DNA from: Blasia pusilla
Taxonomy: Eukaryota
Assembly: GCA_050084515.1 (NCBI GenBank)
Contig: CM114271.1
Location: 49,538,001-49,602,000, forward strand
Length of the DNA: 64,000 bases
Reading direction: 5' to 3'
A model generated the notes under the pieces. That model did no database searches, had not been told where the DNA came from, and worked only from the letters and a program-made list of their open reading frames with translations. Below are positions 14,311-29,396 of the stretch, in pieces. Made by a program: the position numbers and the translations under genes. The stretch's first letter is position 1; the number at the start of each line of letters is the position of its first letter.

Positions 14311-15192
14311 TCTATATAATAATGGGCGATCACATATGCACGATACGACAAGATAGCGGATCAATAAGACAAAATATGCAACATCTTTTTGTTTCTTAGC
14401 CTTGTTAGACGGGCAGAAATAGAACAAAGGAAACAAATAAGGATTTGAGTGGAATATATATCAATCAATTCATACTTATTTTAATATTATAATGGGTGAT
14501 TATAAATATTAATAAAATATGATAAATAACCAAAATTTTAGAGTTTTTATTTCAATTCATAATTGATGAAAAATATAATAAAATTTTAAGAGAGGAATAG
14601 ATTTTTTAATTTTATGGTAAAAATAAAATTACTTAGCATATTGAGATATCATTTAAATTTGAATGGAGAATTGTAATTATTAAGAATAGTGAAATGTTAT
14701 TATTCTTTTAAGATTTTGGAAAATAGAAATCTGAATGGAAATTTTGAAATTTGAGGTAAATAATATAATCATTTTTTGATAATTTTATCAACTCACAATA
14801 TCTTGGGATAATAAATTTGCATGGAAAAGTATCTCATTCAACAAAATTAATTAAGATTTTTATTAGTAAAGATTATTTTGGTGGAAGAATGGAAGGAGAG
14901 AATAATTATTATTTGAGCTTCTACCAAAGAGTGAAATTATTTAGAGGAGATGGGTGTTATTTGAAGATGAAATTTTGTTACTCTTTTAAGATATAGTCAG
15001 AATTATTCTTAAATTTTAAAATTAAATAAATTTACACATAACTTTAAAATTTTATTATTACTATATTTATTAAATCTATTGGATAAAAAACATTTCGTAA
15101 TAAAAAAAATTTTAATTTGCTTGCAATATGATTAATGAAAATTCTTCAAATATTTTTTTATGTTCCGTACTCCGCACGGGTACCTTTCTTGG
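14311..15192 (+). mobile_element. Non-autonomous Helitron-like element
   Basis: A|TCTATATAATAAT 5' end, very AT-rich body, 3' hairpin CCGTACTCCGCACGG followed ~10 nt later by TTGG|T (degenerate CTRR). Confidence 0.55.
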
Positions 15193-16358
15193 TTTTTATG
15201 TGGGTCTCATGATTTCTACTATTATGTTATGTGAGGAAGATATTTTCGCCAATCCCTCCTTTCACAACTAATGACTGCGGACCCCGTAATCCCGTGCGTC
15301 CTGCCTTCCAAGAAAACCCATAGCTCTCTTCTCCTCGTACTAGATTGCCACAACTTAGTCCACTCTTTCTGTACTTTTCTTGTTTGGAATTATGGTCACC
15401 TGGTTGGCCAACGAAGTAAATAAAATAGTTACCTTGAGCACTATATAAACTTATTTAATCATGACTAGGTTCCCATAACCTCTAATTTTGGATAATCAGA
15501 AATGGTCAAACATGGCTTGGTACCTCACAATCAGAACATAATAAACCTGAAAAAGGTTAAGAGTTATCCTATCCAAAGGCTTATTAATAATTGCTTCCAA
15601 CAACCTTGAAGAATAAGTTGCACATCTTGACATTAGAAGTCCTGCGGCACAACTGGCCGTATTAATGTTTCAACTTAGATCTTTACCTCTAAGTTTTACA
15701 AAGACATGAACTGGGCATTTTCTTGCAGACATCAACAATCGTCCTGCTAGGTTGCGGACCAGTAGGTAACAGTAGACCAAATTTGTGATTTCCAAACAAT
15801 TTGCAGCTACACAAAGATTATTTCAAATAATACCACTACTGTAGGGCTCACGCCGGTTCTGCCTAAGGTCCTCCAAGTAATACTAAACTCAAATCCTCCA
15901 AATCACCAACTCATGTTTCACCCTTGGATGACTCACAAGAACTCAACACTCGCGGAATGATAGACCTGTCAATTCAGCAAAAGTCACAGGCTGCAATGTC
16001 TGATGGGTGGAGGCAAACTGGGAGTGCAAAATACAACTGACCCGATGAAGGAGTGAGTATGGAACTACTTACTGCCAGGGAAACTCTCAGTTATTAGTCC
16101 TGAAAGCATATTGACACATGAATTCCTTGCGCACGAGTTCTTCCATCCAAAGACCCTTGCCCGCTTGATGACACGGAAAGAAATAGAGCTCATTTATTAC
16201 CATTCTCCAAAGACTTTCTTTATACTCGAGTACTAATGAACCAACTAAGGCGGTCTTATGAGGGAATACCTTCAGTGGCATGTGCTAACTGTTGATCTGA
16301 GAACTTCAGGCCTTTCATCCTTTTAGGTCTTTCCTTCCAGTAAGTTCTTAAGTTTCTT

Positions 16359-19300
16359 TCATTGACGGATTCCAACTCGGGAAAGAACTTCATTTACAAT
16401 AGCCTCCAGAGATTTCTCCTTACCACCTTCGTAACCCGTACGAACTAAAAAGAACCAAATACTAATCAAAACCAACAGTAACATCAGCGAATAAATTTGC
16501 CAACCTGTAAACAACAAACACAAGTTAGATCAAGCAGAATGCAAGTAGGGGATTCAAAATGTTGAAAGTTGCAATCCTAATAAGCTACACATTAACTTTA
16601 CTGTACAATAAAGGTACGAGCATAACAAAAACAATACAAACAAAAGAGACTTTAAGCCGGAGGTTCTTGACATTTTCTTTTCTTACAGTCGGCAAGTGTT
16701 GATTCACATAAGAGGACATTAACTAAAAATCCTCAAAGAGATATAATTCTAACAGTATCACCTTCTCGCTTTGACGGTTTGGAGATAATAGTCACACGAG
16801 CACTGGAGTCACCTGAAACAGACGCCAGAGCTCTGCAGACAAAGTACAACTTACACTCAATTATCTAGCTGATTAGACTTTTTGTACTCCTCTACTAGCT
16901 CTACACCCTAAACCCTAAATCACCACGAAACTTACAAGGATCAAATTGAAAGACTAGCTGGTGGGCAAAACAAACCCATACAGACCTGCTATTTGGAGAA
17001 AAACCCATGGATGTCACAAACACCATATGAGCATTCTTAACCCGCTGAAGTACCACCAAATTCTTCGCATCAACAATGCTAACATCTCCTTCTGTTGTTC
17101 CACTGAAACGCACAACCAAAATCTAAAAACTGTTAAGATGTATCTTCCATTTGTAGATCAAAGTTGAGCAGAGAATCTAACATTCCCAGCAGACCATGTT
17201 AATAGATTACCCATATGAAGCTGGAACTTGTGTGGTTACTATGAATAGAAGAGGGTTCAGACCAAGCCTTGGATGCATGTGTCAGAGCAGTATACCAGTC
17301 CGGATACCAAGCCCCATCCAGAAGGCAGAAACTACTGTGCTCTCTCATCAAGCATCATCTCCAGGAGCACATTCACGATGAAACCCATCCCACTATAGTA
17401 GTCCAATTCACTACCACATTTGTTGGAGAAAAGGAGAATGACCATGAGTGAAAGGTTAATGAGAAGACTGATAAGTTAAAGCACCTTGGGAATAACCAAC
17501 AAAGGCATTGTAAAATAAACATCGGAACTCCAGCAGAAATAACGGAGAGGGAGAGAACATACATGCCAAGAAATCTCCCGTCAGGGCTAATACTGAATGC
17601 TGAAATTGCCTCGTCACTCAATTTCCTGCTCATAACTTTCTTCCAATTGGTTGTGTTCCAGACTGCAATCACTCCCTTCCCAGCTGCACACAGTAAACAG
17701 AACAGTAATAATGAATTCAACAGTCAGGACATTTGCAAGCTTGTACATCCTTCCATGGTGTCAAATTGCAACTAAGAGTCTTGATTTATCGATGACAAGA
17801 ATTTTTTACCAAAAAGTCACAAAGATTGTAAGGTAAGTTGGCGACAAACAAAATCATCTATATAATTATGAGAGAACAGCCTCTTGATTTGCAAAATCAA
17901 GAAGCTGGCTTACAAATATCTGTAATCAACATATATCCTAAAGATAAGTCTTCATCTAAATTCCTTTAAAAACTGAGTGGCAAAATTGAACTAATAAAAT
18001 CTACCAGCAAATTAATCATTTCCAAGCAGTACAGTACCCATGCAACAAAAATAGAGTAAAGAACATGTGTCTTGACAAAAAGGTGCAACTGACTATGTAC
18101 CACAGAAATGCATCTATTGGAGGGACATACATGGCACTGCCAGGATTATGACACCCACAAAATTTTCCTTACACTGAGTTTGTTTGAGAATAACCTAATC
18201 ATCTCATGGAATGAAAAGAGGGGCATTTTAGCAGCAGGAAAAGTCAATACAGAAAGCATAATGTAGTTTGACATTTATCTGCTAGTCAAAACGCCCACCT
18301 TCCATCAGAGTTACGAATAGAAACGGTTTGGTCCCATCTCTTGAAAACCGACAAAAACCAAGTATTCCACCCTGTAAGAACAACAAAGAAATCACATTAG
18401 CTTCCTGGAACATCAGATATCCGCGTCAACACTTGAATTTACTCTCTACAAAGAAAATGGAATAAGTGTAAGCAATCCTTGATGTATCTAGCCTAACAGC
18501 AGGAGCTTCACTGTAGCTAATCAACCTTCTCTTCACGATCTAAAAGAGAATGGGATTTCATTTAGTACTTGTTGGGAAATGGATAGTAAGCATCGTGCAT
18601 ACACCCAAAGTTGAACCGAAAAACTAGTGTAATACCAGGGTGTATGCAGACATTATAACACTATTGAGTTCACCATTATAGTCATACTTCACGAAACCAC
18701 ACCCTTCCATTCAAAGTCTACCTCCTTCTGTATTCCGGTAGACTTGTATCTACATTGACTAAATTTTCTGGACATCATGAGATTAAATGATCTGTTTCGG
18801 AAAGAAAAATTCATCACAAGAAAACTCCCATAGCTCAGACAACAAGAAGAAGAGATTTTGAACAAAACATCTGAAAGTCATATGACCATGTTCTGTTCCC
18901 TGGAGGTCATAAGGGCCTTGACATACCTTTTCAGAGGATAAAGTGGCTATAGCAGATGCTTTCAATAGATCCCACACCCGACATGGACCATTTTCTCCAG
19001 TTGACACCAGCAAAGAACCATCCAAGCTGTGACATAATTACACCACGATCCAATTATTGTCCTAACACCTGGGAGAAAATTCTTCAGGTCAACACATCAG
19101 AATTGTTTTGTACTCACTTCTTGAACTGCAAATACAAAAAATTGGGGTGAACTACTACGACTGTCCAGACATGCAGAATCAAACTAAGTCGCATCACAGA
19201 AAGTCTGAGTGTTCCGGCAAGTCACTTAACTATCATGGCAAATGTTTCATGCAGGTTGGAAACACCTATCATAACCTCCATTTTGTAAGTGTAGGATCAT

Positions 19301-21142
19301 CATCATAATTATCATATCATCAAGTTCATCTCCAAGAGAGGTGGTAAGCATTTGTACAACTTCTGAATATATGATAAGACCAACCCCAACTTTCACTCAG
19401 GAAAGGAGAACTGTACAGATTGAAAGGATCCAAAGATAAGTGGAGGAGACAATGTGGTGACCCTGATCCACATGGAAGTTTCCTTACTCATCCACCACAA
19501 CTTGAACATCTGAACATTGACAATGGAGATCGCCAAGAGATCTGGAGTTGCATCCAGCTAGAGTTCCATGCTCCCAAGAGCAGAGACTGAGTGTCAAACT
19601 CTAATTGAGAAGAGGATACTGTTCCACTTCAAGCTTTCTAACCAAACTGTCAGCACCTAAGTAGAGAGTGTTGGAAGAACAACAGCCATGTGAAGTGAAA
19701 TCTTCACAAACTGAGGTAAAAGTACCTGAAATCTAGGTCTCTAATGGACGCATGTGGACGTGCCTGGTCAAGTACTAGCCCCAAACTAGGCCATTCAAAT
19801 ACACGGAGCTGTCCATCCTGCAAGTGGTTGAGTGAAGTTGTTTCAATTTACAACATCAGGACAATGAATAGAAATTACAACGAAAGAGAAGGATTAAAAG
19901 AAACCAAAGTTTATCCTGGTGCAACAAAAGTGACAGCTCAACTTCATCCCACCTCCCCTCCTGTGGCCAATCGAGTCCCGTCTGTACTAAACACTAGACA
20001 GTTTTGCTCGCCCACATCTTGCAAAGGTAGTATCTCCCTCTTTGAGAATTTCAGTTTGAGTTCTTCTTCAGAACTCAATTCCATAATCCTGCAAATAAAG
20101 TGGACCAAGATGATGATGGTGTGCACAGCTCACGTGCAACATTTTCAATTTGGATAGCCTACAAATTGACAACCTGTGAGAACGAAACGTCCAACACAGA
20201 GCCTCAACTCCTTGTAGCTTACGAAACTGGGAAAGAAATTTGTAGTGCAGCAAACCTAGGATCTCCTTCCCCATGGCAATAACAAAGATTTTGATTAAAG
20301 GTGTTTAATAACACCTTGCACAGAAGCAATACCTGCAATGTTTGGATACGGAACAAACAATCTCATTGCTACCCGGGTGTACTGCCAAACGATAGGGTGG
20401 ATCATCATCCGTGGAAAGAGTGTGTATCTGTTAAGAAGACTAGAGAAAGTTAATTCCCAATTTTGCAGTTGTCCGCAAGAATTCTGCCAATATCTCCATT
20501 TTAGAAACGGAAAAAACCTTCTATCTACACCTCTGCATTCCAATCCACGACTGAAACACTTATCTTCATGAAACTAGTTCCAAGCCGTAATCCTATTACT
20601 ACTAGCGAAAACCACTGAAGCAATTAGAACTGGAAACTAAAGACATGATAAGCTCTGTCCTCCGTGGGAGTGAGCAATACTCTCTATACGATACAATTAA
20701 GCAGTCCAGTTTTTAAATTCTTGAATTTCTACAGTTGTCATTTCCACCTGTTCCCTACTATCAGTCACTAGGACCCGGATTGACTTGAATAATTCGGTAT
20801 TTTCGGCAATACAGATCCTCAAAATGATTGCAAAAGGTAGAAAAAAATTCCATAACGCCAGACAGAAAGACTCACCGCTTCAGATAGCACATCCATAGCG
20901 AAATCGTAACTAGCGAGCACCATATTATTCATCAATCCACTCTTCCGATCCCCTCCACCACCTCCGAACACAAGATGTCCGATTCCAGCACCATCTGGCC
21001 CGTCGTTGCTCGGCTCCACAACATTCCTTCCCCCTTCAACCTTACTCGAAGGCTTCGGAGCGACACCAGCCGTCCACGCAGCGCAAAAAAGCGGTAAATC
21101 ATACTTCCTCGAGCACGTCAAATATTTTTTTCGCCTACTCAT
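16359..21142 (-). CDS. SEC12: SEC12-like (STL2P-type) WD40 guanine-nucleotide exchange factor for Sar1, 10 exons, C-terminal transmembrane helix
   Basis: GT-AG exons at approx. 21142-20876, 20427-20333, 20089-19953, 19818-19727, 19027-18927, 18372-18299, 17685-17564, 17103-16986, 16833-16762, 16505-16359. Motifs YDLPLFCAAW, GGGGGDRKSG, PPYRLAVHP, FSTDGTRLATGGE, HMVFVTSMGFSPNSR, TM IYSLMLLLVLISIWFFLV. Confidence 0.9.
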
Positions 21143-22949
21143 TTCTTATAGCTTCAAAAATTCCTAGATCTGTTCAGATGCAGATCTGTCCGTGACCTCG
21201 AGTGAGCTCAATCCATCTCGCAAGTGGAACAATTACAAAACATCGCTGCAAACTCCTATTACATCATCCATCGATTGCTCCAAACAAGTCAGTACATCTC
21301 GCACATTCGATGTCTCCAGTAGCTCTGACTCTGCGCTGCAAATTCAACCTCCATATGCTTCAATTCCCCCCTGATTCGCCTCCTTCAATTCAGTTCTATC
21401 TTGACCTTCGCGTCGTCCTACTCACTCCTGCTCGGCTGCGGGCCATCATCAATCACCCCCACGCCCAAGCGCTCAAGCAAGTGTGATTTGAACTTTTACG
21501 TCACCCTGAATGGTCCCGCTTTCAACTCTGTCAATATACCCCCCGCCCCGGATATACCAGGGTTAGGGCTAGAATCCCTTCGTAGGCTCGCTAAAGTGGC
21601 GATCAGAGCCTAAGAAATCCATGATCTCGACACAGTTTAACGAAAGCTGAGTAGAGTAATGGGGTCGATTAAAGTAGTAGCCTGAGCCTAATATATCCTT
21701 TTTTATTTTTTATTTTTTTTCGGATGATGTTGATTAAGTCGTGTTAACAGTTCCTACCTCCGCCACGCTTCCAGTACCTTCCACACGCCCCAAATAGTGA
21801 CGTGGCAGTCCAACTGTGCAATGCTACCCGCAGTGTCCAATGAGAGAACGTGTCACACCTCAAAACCGCGTCAAGACTTTGTGTGCCATTAAAGATGGCT
21901 GGTGATTGAAGTGAGGCCCAAGGTATTTATTTTTGGGTAATAATGAAAGGAAGTTGAATTATCATATTTTGTGAAGCATTCATTTCTGCGTAAAAGAATA
22001 AGAGAATAATGCATGCTGAATGTTGGAAGAAAAACAAATATTAAATTTGATTTGAGTTCTAGCTAGTTGTCCTACCTTAAATTGTAGTAGTACAATTTTA
22101 TAGTAGTGGTCTCATTGCCTTAATTCATTTCGACATGTGTCACTCATTCACTGAAATTTGCTTATGAAATCTTTCTTAATTTTATTCTATATTAAGCAGA
22201 AAAGTAGAATGAGAGGAAGTTTTCGGTAGTTATTTTGTTTTTCATTTTTCATTTGAAAAATTTTTTTAATGTTTTAATTTCATGCCAACAAATTATCGGA
22301 AAAAGTAGATGTTAAGTTAATTTTGGATGGAAATTTAATTCATATTTTGGTAAATTTTGGGAAAAGATAATACAAAAATTTTGAAACAAGAAGTTTCTTC
22401 AAAATAATTTTAAAAATTATTCCTCTATTATTTTTAGTTTTCAAGTTTGATTGGGAGAAAATGTTCATCTCTATTTTGGGAGAAAATTTGATAAAATGGG
22501 AGATTTTATTTTTTATTTATTGGGAAAGGAATAAATCTTATTTCCCCAATTAATCAAGGAAAATAATGAATTTTTTAAAGCCAAGTTAGATGCATTATTG
22601 AAAAAATCTACCTTTATTATTTTATTATCATATTTTTGAATGTTAAAATCTAGAAAATCATCTTGTGTCCAATAATTTCACATTATCATCCTCCATATGT
22701 GAGTCATTTCACTCCCAATCATCTCAACCAATAATCACACACGCAAACAAATTTATTGGTAATGCCTATGATTAAACAAAGTTTGTGGTTAGTAGGTGTA
22801 GGGTTATGCCTCCCATCTTAGGAAAAGCTAATAAATGCAAGAGTATGCTTCTTTGGTATGGTTTTCAAAGATCTGAGAATTAGGGAAAGTGGGTTGTTTG
22901 GAAGTTTCACTACCTCCAAAGTCTGATTTCCCTCCCAATCAAATTCATC

Positions 22950-25900
22950 TTCATTCAAGTTTTGTTCAATGTGGGAGAGAGCTTTTTATAAGCTATGTAA
23001 CCCAAGGATTCCATGAGTGTTGCAAGAGAAAATAATGGAGTGGACATCTTTTGCCACTAAGACAGAGGTAACCATTCATACTCATTGATTTGACCATTCA
23101 TGTCCGTAAATGTGCATTTCATTTTATTTGAATATTGATTCTCACATTGTGTCATTATGTTGTTGCTTTGGAGGGCTTAGGAGTAGAACTAGAGGAATCT
23201 CTCCATCCCTGAAGGTGCCCAATAACATATTGAACACATCTTCTTCAGCAATCTACAAGTGTGAGCTTTAACCACTATGAGTTTCAATTCTAATGAGCAA
23301 AGGTTCTCCCAAAAAGAGATTCATACCTTGCTCTTTCTCTCTTAATAAACTCTATGGGAGCTATTTTGGAGGCAAATTTTCCTCCAATTCATAAACACCT
23401 CAGCATGATATTGCAAACATTACACTTACAACCAACTCTGCCTCGGAATACCTTTTAGTAAACTCTGGCAACTCCTTGAACTTATTAATGGAAATGCTTA
23501 GGCCTTTCCTCTCAGCTTCAAGAATTCCTTGAATCATAATAGCTTACCCCAATGAAAAGTTTGTGTTTTCGGGTGCCACCTATTACACCAGATATAAGCT
23601 TGCCTCAAATAGAAACTCCAAAATCACGTAACTATGCATAGCATCGAAAAACCATCTAGTGAGGTATATCCTGTCTCTCTCTCTCCCAAGCACTCTCCCC
23701 AATGATGATCCTCTATGCACAAATATTACCTCAACAATTCTAATCCATAAAAATTATGTCAAGGGACACCTTCCCAATGAAAAATTCAACACGGCCTAAA
23801 ATAGGAAACATACCTTGATTGACATTTTCCTCAAAATAACCCCAAATAAGTACTAATTCTGGGATAATTTGCATACATTAGTTCTCTACTTCCTCAACAT
23901 GTCATCTTTTAACCTATAAGTATCATCACCCAATCTCTTTGAGTACACCGTGCCGATAATCTTTTTTTTAACATAAAAGACATGATACACATGTTGGTCA
24001 TCATTCAGTTCATCTAATTAGGATCTCCAAAAGACAATTACAAAATTTTCCTAATATCCAAATATAATTACATTGGAAGAATTGTTAATCCAAGAATACA
24101 TAGGGTCCTCATTTCCTTGGTTTATGGGTGCCAATACCAAGCGGGTTAAGCCTTACCTCCTAAAATTGGACAATCCATACATGATCTCCCAGAATTCAGC
24201 CAATGCTAACATGTGCAATGATATGGGTAGCAGGTCATGCGTTAATTAGTTGATGGAGGTCGTAGGTCTCATTCCCTTGCCCCAACTGCTTGCATTCTCA
24301 TCTACAAAGGCCGACCCCAAATATGCACCATATTCTATGGCCATTCGAGTAGAATTTAGCTTTCCACATAAGATATGTCTCTCCATTCTATTCAGAATCT
24401 ATTGTGTAGGTGACCTATGCACCTTGCCATCTTCCTCCTCAACCATCTACACCTTCACATGCACATCCATATGCTTACATGCTTATTTATGAAAATCTTG
24501 TTGGCTAAACAAACGGTCCACCAAAAAGTGCGTCATATTGCCCTCAATATGTATGGAATCTTCCAAGTGTTGTATCAATAGGCCTTGCATGGTAAACCAT
24601 CAATTTAGATTTCCTTGAAATAAGAAAGATGGAATTGCAATGATGATTCAACAATATATACTCCAAGATTCATGACATGAATATTCATGTAGTGAGAAAA
24701 TCCTCTCTTCCTTTAGCTACTTGTAGACTACTATCCACATATGTATGTCTTTTATGAGCTGAAACATTCCTTTTGCCTTGAATTATTTTTTCAATGTTTC
24801 CAAAGGGCACAAGAGCTCATATGTATACCAAGATTCTTGCACAATATACTAAGTGTGTGTACTCGCACACAAATAAGAAAATATGTTGAGGCATGACCCT
24901 CGCTTGATTCCACAATCCAAGCAAGGAAAGTCGCCTCTATGCATACAATCTTCCTGCACAAACCAATCTACGTAGAACAAAGCAAATGAGACTTCAACGT
25001 CACCCATTGACGTTGATGACCACTACTCTTCTAGGTCCACCCTCATGGGATGTTCATGAGGTAAATATTGGTTTCACTTGGGTATATGATGGTCCTCAAC
25101 TCTCCACAATAAAATGCCTCCAACCTAGGTCCACACGTTGGACATGCTAACTTACCTAAAGCCTACAAACTTGATACGTATCCTTAACTTATAGTCAAAA
25201 GTCAAAGTTAGATGATATAAAGTGTGTAGTTTTGATCCACTTCATAGACTTGCATATTTTTATAGACATGCATAATGTGTCACAGGGATATGGAACAGTC
25301 AAGAATGATAACCATGTGCATCATGTATCGTCCATAGTAGTATGGCCCTATGTTTAAAAATCAGGGTTTTTATTGACTTCCCAAACACGATCAATCCCAC
25401 AAGCAAGAAACCTCTCTTCACAACTAGCCAAGGTGGACGGTTAGGGTTCATGAACAAAATTGGCCAAATTGAATAGGATTGTCATGTAAGATCATAGAGA
25501 GACATTCTATCAGTTGCCAAGCCTAGTCACACATTCCGTGGCTCCACTCACCAATCTGGGTAGGTGCTCTCCACATAGGAGTGAGCTAGAGAGTTGACCA
25601 CCAAGCGCATCACAACATCAATGACCCTAAATCACACCATCAACTTATTCAATGACACATGGAACTCGATACGTACGCAACAATGGTGGAATGATGGGAA
25701 ATCGATAAAGAAATTTTCAAGGCACATCTCCGACTCCTTACATGTCATTTTGGTATCATGTGGCTCAACAACGTGGCATAAAAAATAAACCTCAAAGATG
25801 ACCCATGTTTGCAATATAAGAATTGGTCATAAGGGCATGCACCTATGGTCTCATAGTCTAATCCTCAATATCTCAATGATTGTCATATTGTTGATCTAGA

Positions 25901-26400
25901 GTTCAAGGACGAATCCCCCCCCTCTACATACTATATAATAGTAGAAGTATATCATATAATATGCAAAACAATGAATCCATAAGTATGTTTGATATCACTC
26001 ATATAAGTTTAGAATGAGCAAGATTGTTGTGACAACGTGAGATGTCCTAGCACTGTTGTATAACAAGCTAAGACTCACACATCCTCATCAAAACGGTCTC
26101 ATGGTGCATTGGACTCTTGGTGGAGAAGTGGTCATGTCATGGAGGAAGTCCTCCATCCAGTCATCCAAGAGGTCATCAAGGACATCATGTGGACGCACTT
26201 GGTCATCTAGTTGGTCATTATCTAAATGAATGGCATCATCGATGTACCCTCCCATGTTGTAACTCCATTTTAACGCAAGCATATAAAAAAGTTGTGACTC
26301 AATTGCAAAAACATCCCCGAACAAGGATGAATCAGTATCCTCCACCATGAATAAACGCTCCAACTCGTGATGTTTGTAAGATTATGAAAGCCTCTAGAAA
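22950..26400 (-). pseudogene. Heavily decayed CACTA Tnp2-type transposase
   Basis: Minus-strand remnants: GLAT..YSIWPILFM..PPWLVVKRGFLL (~25400-25540) and LLIQHLEDSIHIEGN (~24540-24590, cf. HNLDVMHIEKN). Many stops. Confidence 0.65.
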
Positions 26401-28635
26401 GAAATTGTAGCAAAATTGGAAAAAACTTAGCTAGCAATTGGAAACCCAATGAGGAAGTTTATGCAAACATTCAAAAGCATACACGAAGCAATTTTTTTTG
26501 CTTTATTTAACATTTATGAACAAAGGTGATTTACATTTATCATCTTGGTCTTTTCCATTCATAACTAGCAAAAATCTCCTTGCCCATGTCTATGGTTTTG
26601 GTTGCGATGGTGGAAATGAAAAAATCCTCATCCCATCGCAAACCAAAAAATTGTGTCTGCCCTCTACGTACTCCCACTTGGCATTCCCATCATTACAAGG
26701 ACCATATGATTGAATGTACCCACCTATGTTATTGCAACGTATGAAGTCATCGTCTATATATCGTCGATGGCGAGAGTTGCACATAGTAGTAGCATGTAAG
26801 AACAAGAGATACTTTGAGAATGACGAAGCTGCATGGACAAGCTCCAGTTAATCCTTCCATGTAGTATGTAAGTATATGGGACCAAAGTACGAGAATAAGA
26901 TGAGCTAGTCATCCACATCACATCCCTTGAAAAATACTATTCTATTGAGCACAAACACCCCAATACTAGTTTTAAACCTAAAGTAGATTATTTATCTATG
27001 TATCTGATACCCCATGATTCTATCGACACACCAAATGGTAGATGGGCATCCTAATGGGATCGCATTGCACTCAATGTAGTACTCTATTGAATAATCTCTA
27101 AATTGCAATTGCACGGGTTCATGTATATTAGGTACCATGCGTAAATCCTTTTGGATCTAGACCCAAGATCAAGTACCTTTGGAAAGGGATCTATAAATCA
27201 AGGGTTGATGTGAGATGCTCACTCAAACAGGGTTAATCAAACTCAATCTCAAAGGGAGGGAGGGAGTGGGACAGAGATTCGAGAACCAACTTTATAGTAT
27301 CACGCATAAGTGTACATATATCCACCCATGCATGTTGTCATGAAGGGTTGCATCGAGGGGTGTGTTAGATGATTTATTTATTTTTACATTCTTGTGTGAT
27401 TGTGCAAACATACTAGGAAGGGCACATGCACGCACCTGCATGTAGCCATATATTCAGCCTAGTGCCTAAAAATTGCAAAAAATCAAACCAAAAAAAGGAA
27501 GTCGTCTAAGCATTATTTTTTATGTTAATTTTTTCCTTTCTACTATGAACTAGAGGGGGTATTGGGGGAGATCCTTCATGGATTAGATACGAGAATCCAC
27601 CACATGTGGACAATTATACCCTTTTTTCAAGGGCCATAGCTCAAATGGGGGTTCCTTTGATCCAAAGTCAGAGGGAGGAGGTCGAAAAGACGTTCCATAT
27701 TTGTGTCAAGTGTTGTGGATCACAATCTCAAATCCACAACTATATGTATGGAGGCACATTTTCATGTGTGGCAGGAGAAGTATCACCTTCACTAATCTAT
27801 GGATGTTCCTAAAGTTGATGTTCCACCATATCGGGGGACATAGCGAGGGTGGGTTTGGAGATAGCTAATGGTGGGTTAGCTACAACCAACGAGGCAATGA
27901 CAACACCCCCAATGGAGCACAGGCATATAAGAGCTCGGACCATGAGGAGCCTCATGTTAGAAACTTCAAGATTCCCAACTACCGATAAGGCAAAGAAGTT
28001 ATCTCACCTCATCTACATGCATGTGTGTGAGTAGCATATGTTTGTTAATAATAAGTGGCTTGATACGACCCCCATGTATCAATAAACATCTAGAACTTCA
28101 TTATTGCAGAGTTCTAGAAAGGCGTAGAAATATCTATGGAGTGATCTTGAGGTACACTTCCGATCAATGTCATAGGGAGTGGGCACCAATTACAGATCCT
28201 TGTAGAGACCAGGTTGACATGCAACAATTGGCAAAGGCGCAATGTTTGCATCTAAAGGTGCAAGCGAGACACTTCTTCAACCAAGGGGGAGTAGATGTAT
28301 TTTGATATACATTGAGAGTATGTCTTACCTTATAGGAAAAATAGAATTTACAAGGTAGTTCATGTTATATACCGTTTAATTACTATGATGTGTCTTTAAG
28401 GTTTAACTAACTATGTGGGTGGATTGTGTAGTTCAAAGTATGGAGAGTATCTGACTCCCTAGATCATGTATGATGTGGCAAGTTTGGAAGATCCGAGATA
28501 ATGTCTTTGCTAACCAAGATGTTATAGCATCCATGGTTAATTACTAGCACTAGAATATTCATGTTATAGTCTGATGTTTAGGTTACTTTAAGGTTGTTGA
28601 AACTACTAATAGTTGTTGGTGCCTATTGTGCAACA

Positions 28636-28769
28636 TATCGTGCGCATACATATCGCTACACAACATACATCGCTGGTCACATCTACACCACACAACACCG
28701 ATCTTCCCCACATACGGGTCGATCCACACATGTACAAAAATCAACTCATACATATACGTGGAGATCACA
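28636..28769 (-). repeat. Terminal repeat segment B2
   Basis: Direct repeat of 29249-29382, about 4 mismatches in ~133 bp. Confidence 0.95.
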
Positions 28770-28772
28770 AAA

Positions 28773-29246
28773 AAAAATAAAGAGTAGTAAAAATGGCACA
28801 CCCGGCCTAAAACTCCACTCCTCAATCTACATCGGCATATCGAGCCTCGTCCACCTTGTGCTATCAAGGAATCCGGACGCTAGCACCCTAGTCCTATCTC
28901 ACACACATACAAGGGAGGTGCTCCAACGGCCCAACATGTTGGCTTAGGAAAGCCATCTTCCTCTCTTATGCAGGGTTGGGAAGAGCCAAAAGGCTCTTCC
29001 CCTAAAGATAGCCCTCCCCTTGGTAACATGCGCGCATAGGTTACCAGGGGCGAGAGACCTGGTCAACAAGTCACCCGGTTGTAAAAATCCTCAAAATGAA
29101 AGTTGTCAGAAATGACGTTCCTGACACAATGGACCTATCCTCAACCTCATATGACACCGTGGGACAAAGTTACACTCAACATAGTCCGCTGGCTCCTGCG
29201 CCCTATCCATGATAGATCTCGGCCTATCGGCTATTCAGATGTGACA
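28773..29246 (-). repeat. Terminal repeat segment A2
   Basis: Direct repeat of 37897-38376. Begins TGTCACA on the - strand. Confidence 0.95.
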
Positions 29247-29248
29247 GC

Positions 29249-29384
29249 TATCGTGCGCATACATATCGCTACACAACATACATCGCTAGTCACATCTACA
29301 CCACACAACACCGATCTTCCCTACATACGGGTCTATCCACACATGTACAAAAATCAACTCATACATATACATGGAGATCACACA
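29249..29384 (-). repeat. Terminal repeat segment B1
   Basis: Begins TGTGTG just after the PPT and is joined to A2 through a 2-nt GC spacer (29247-29248). Confidence 0.95.
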
Positions 29385-29385
29385 A

Positions 29386-29396
29386 CCGCCCCCCTA
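29386..29396 (-). promoter_or_regulatory. Polypurine tract (plus-strand primer site)
   Basis: TAGGGGGGCGG, 1 nt upstream of the TG that starts B1 and ~70 nt after the pol stop. Homologous ACGGGAGCA precedes B1 at ~3525. Confidence 0.7.

Noticed and set aside
28632-28636. 5-bp TSD AACAT
   Set aside because: Possible, but related copies end in CGACA, which places T28636 inside the element and leaves 4 bp. The solo copy also suggests 4 bp.
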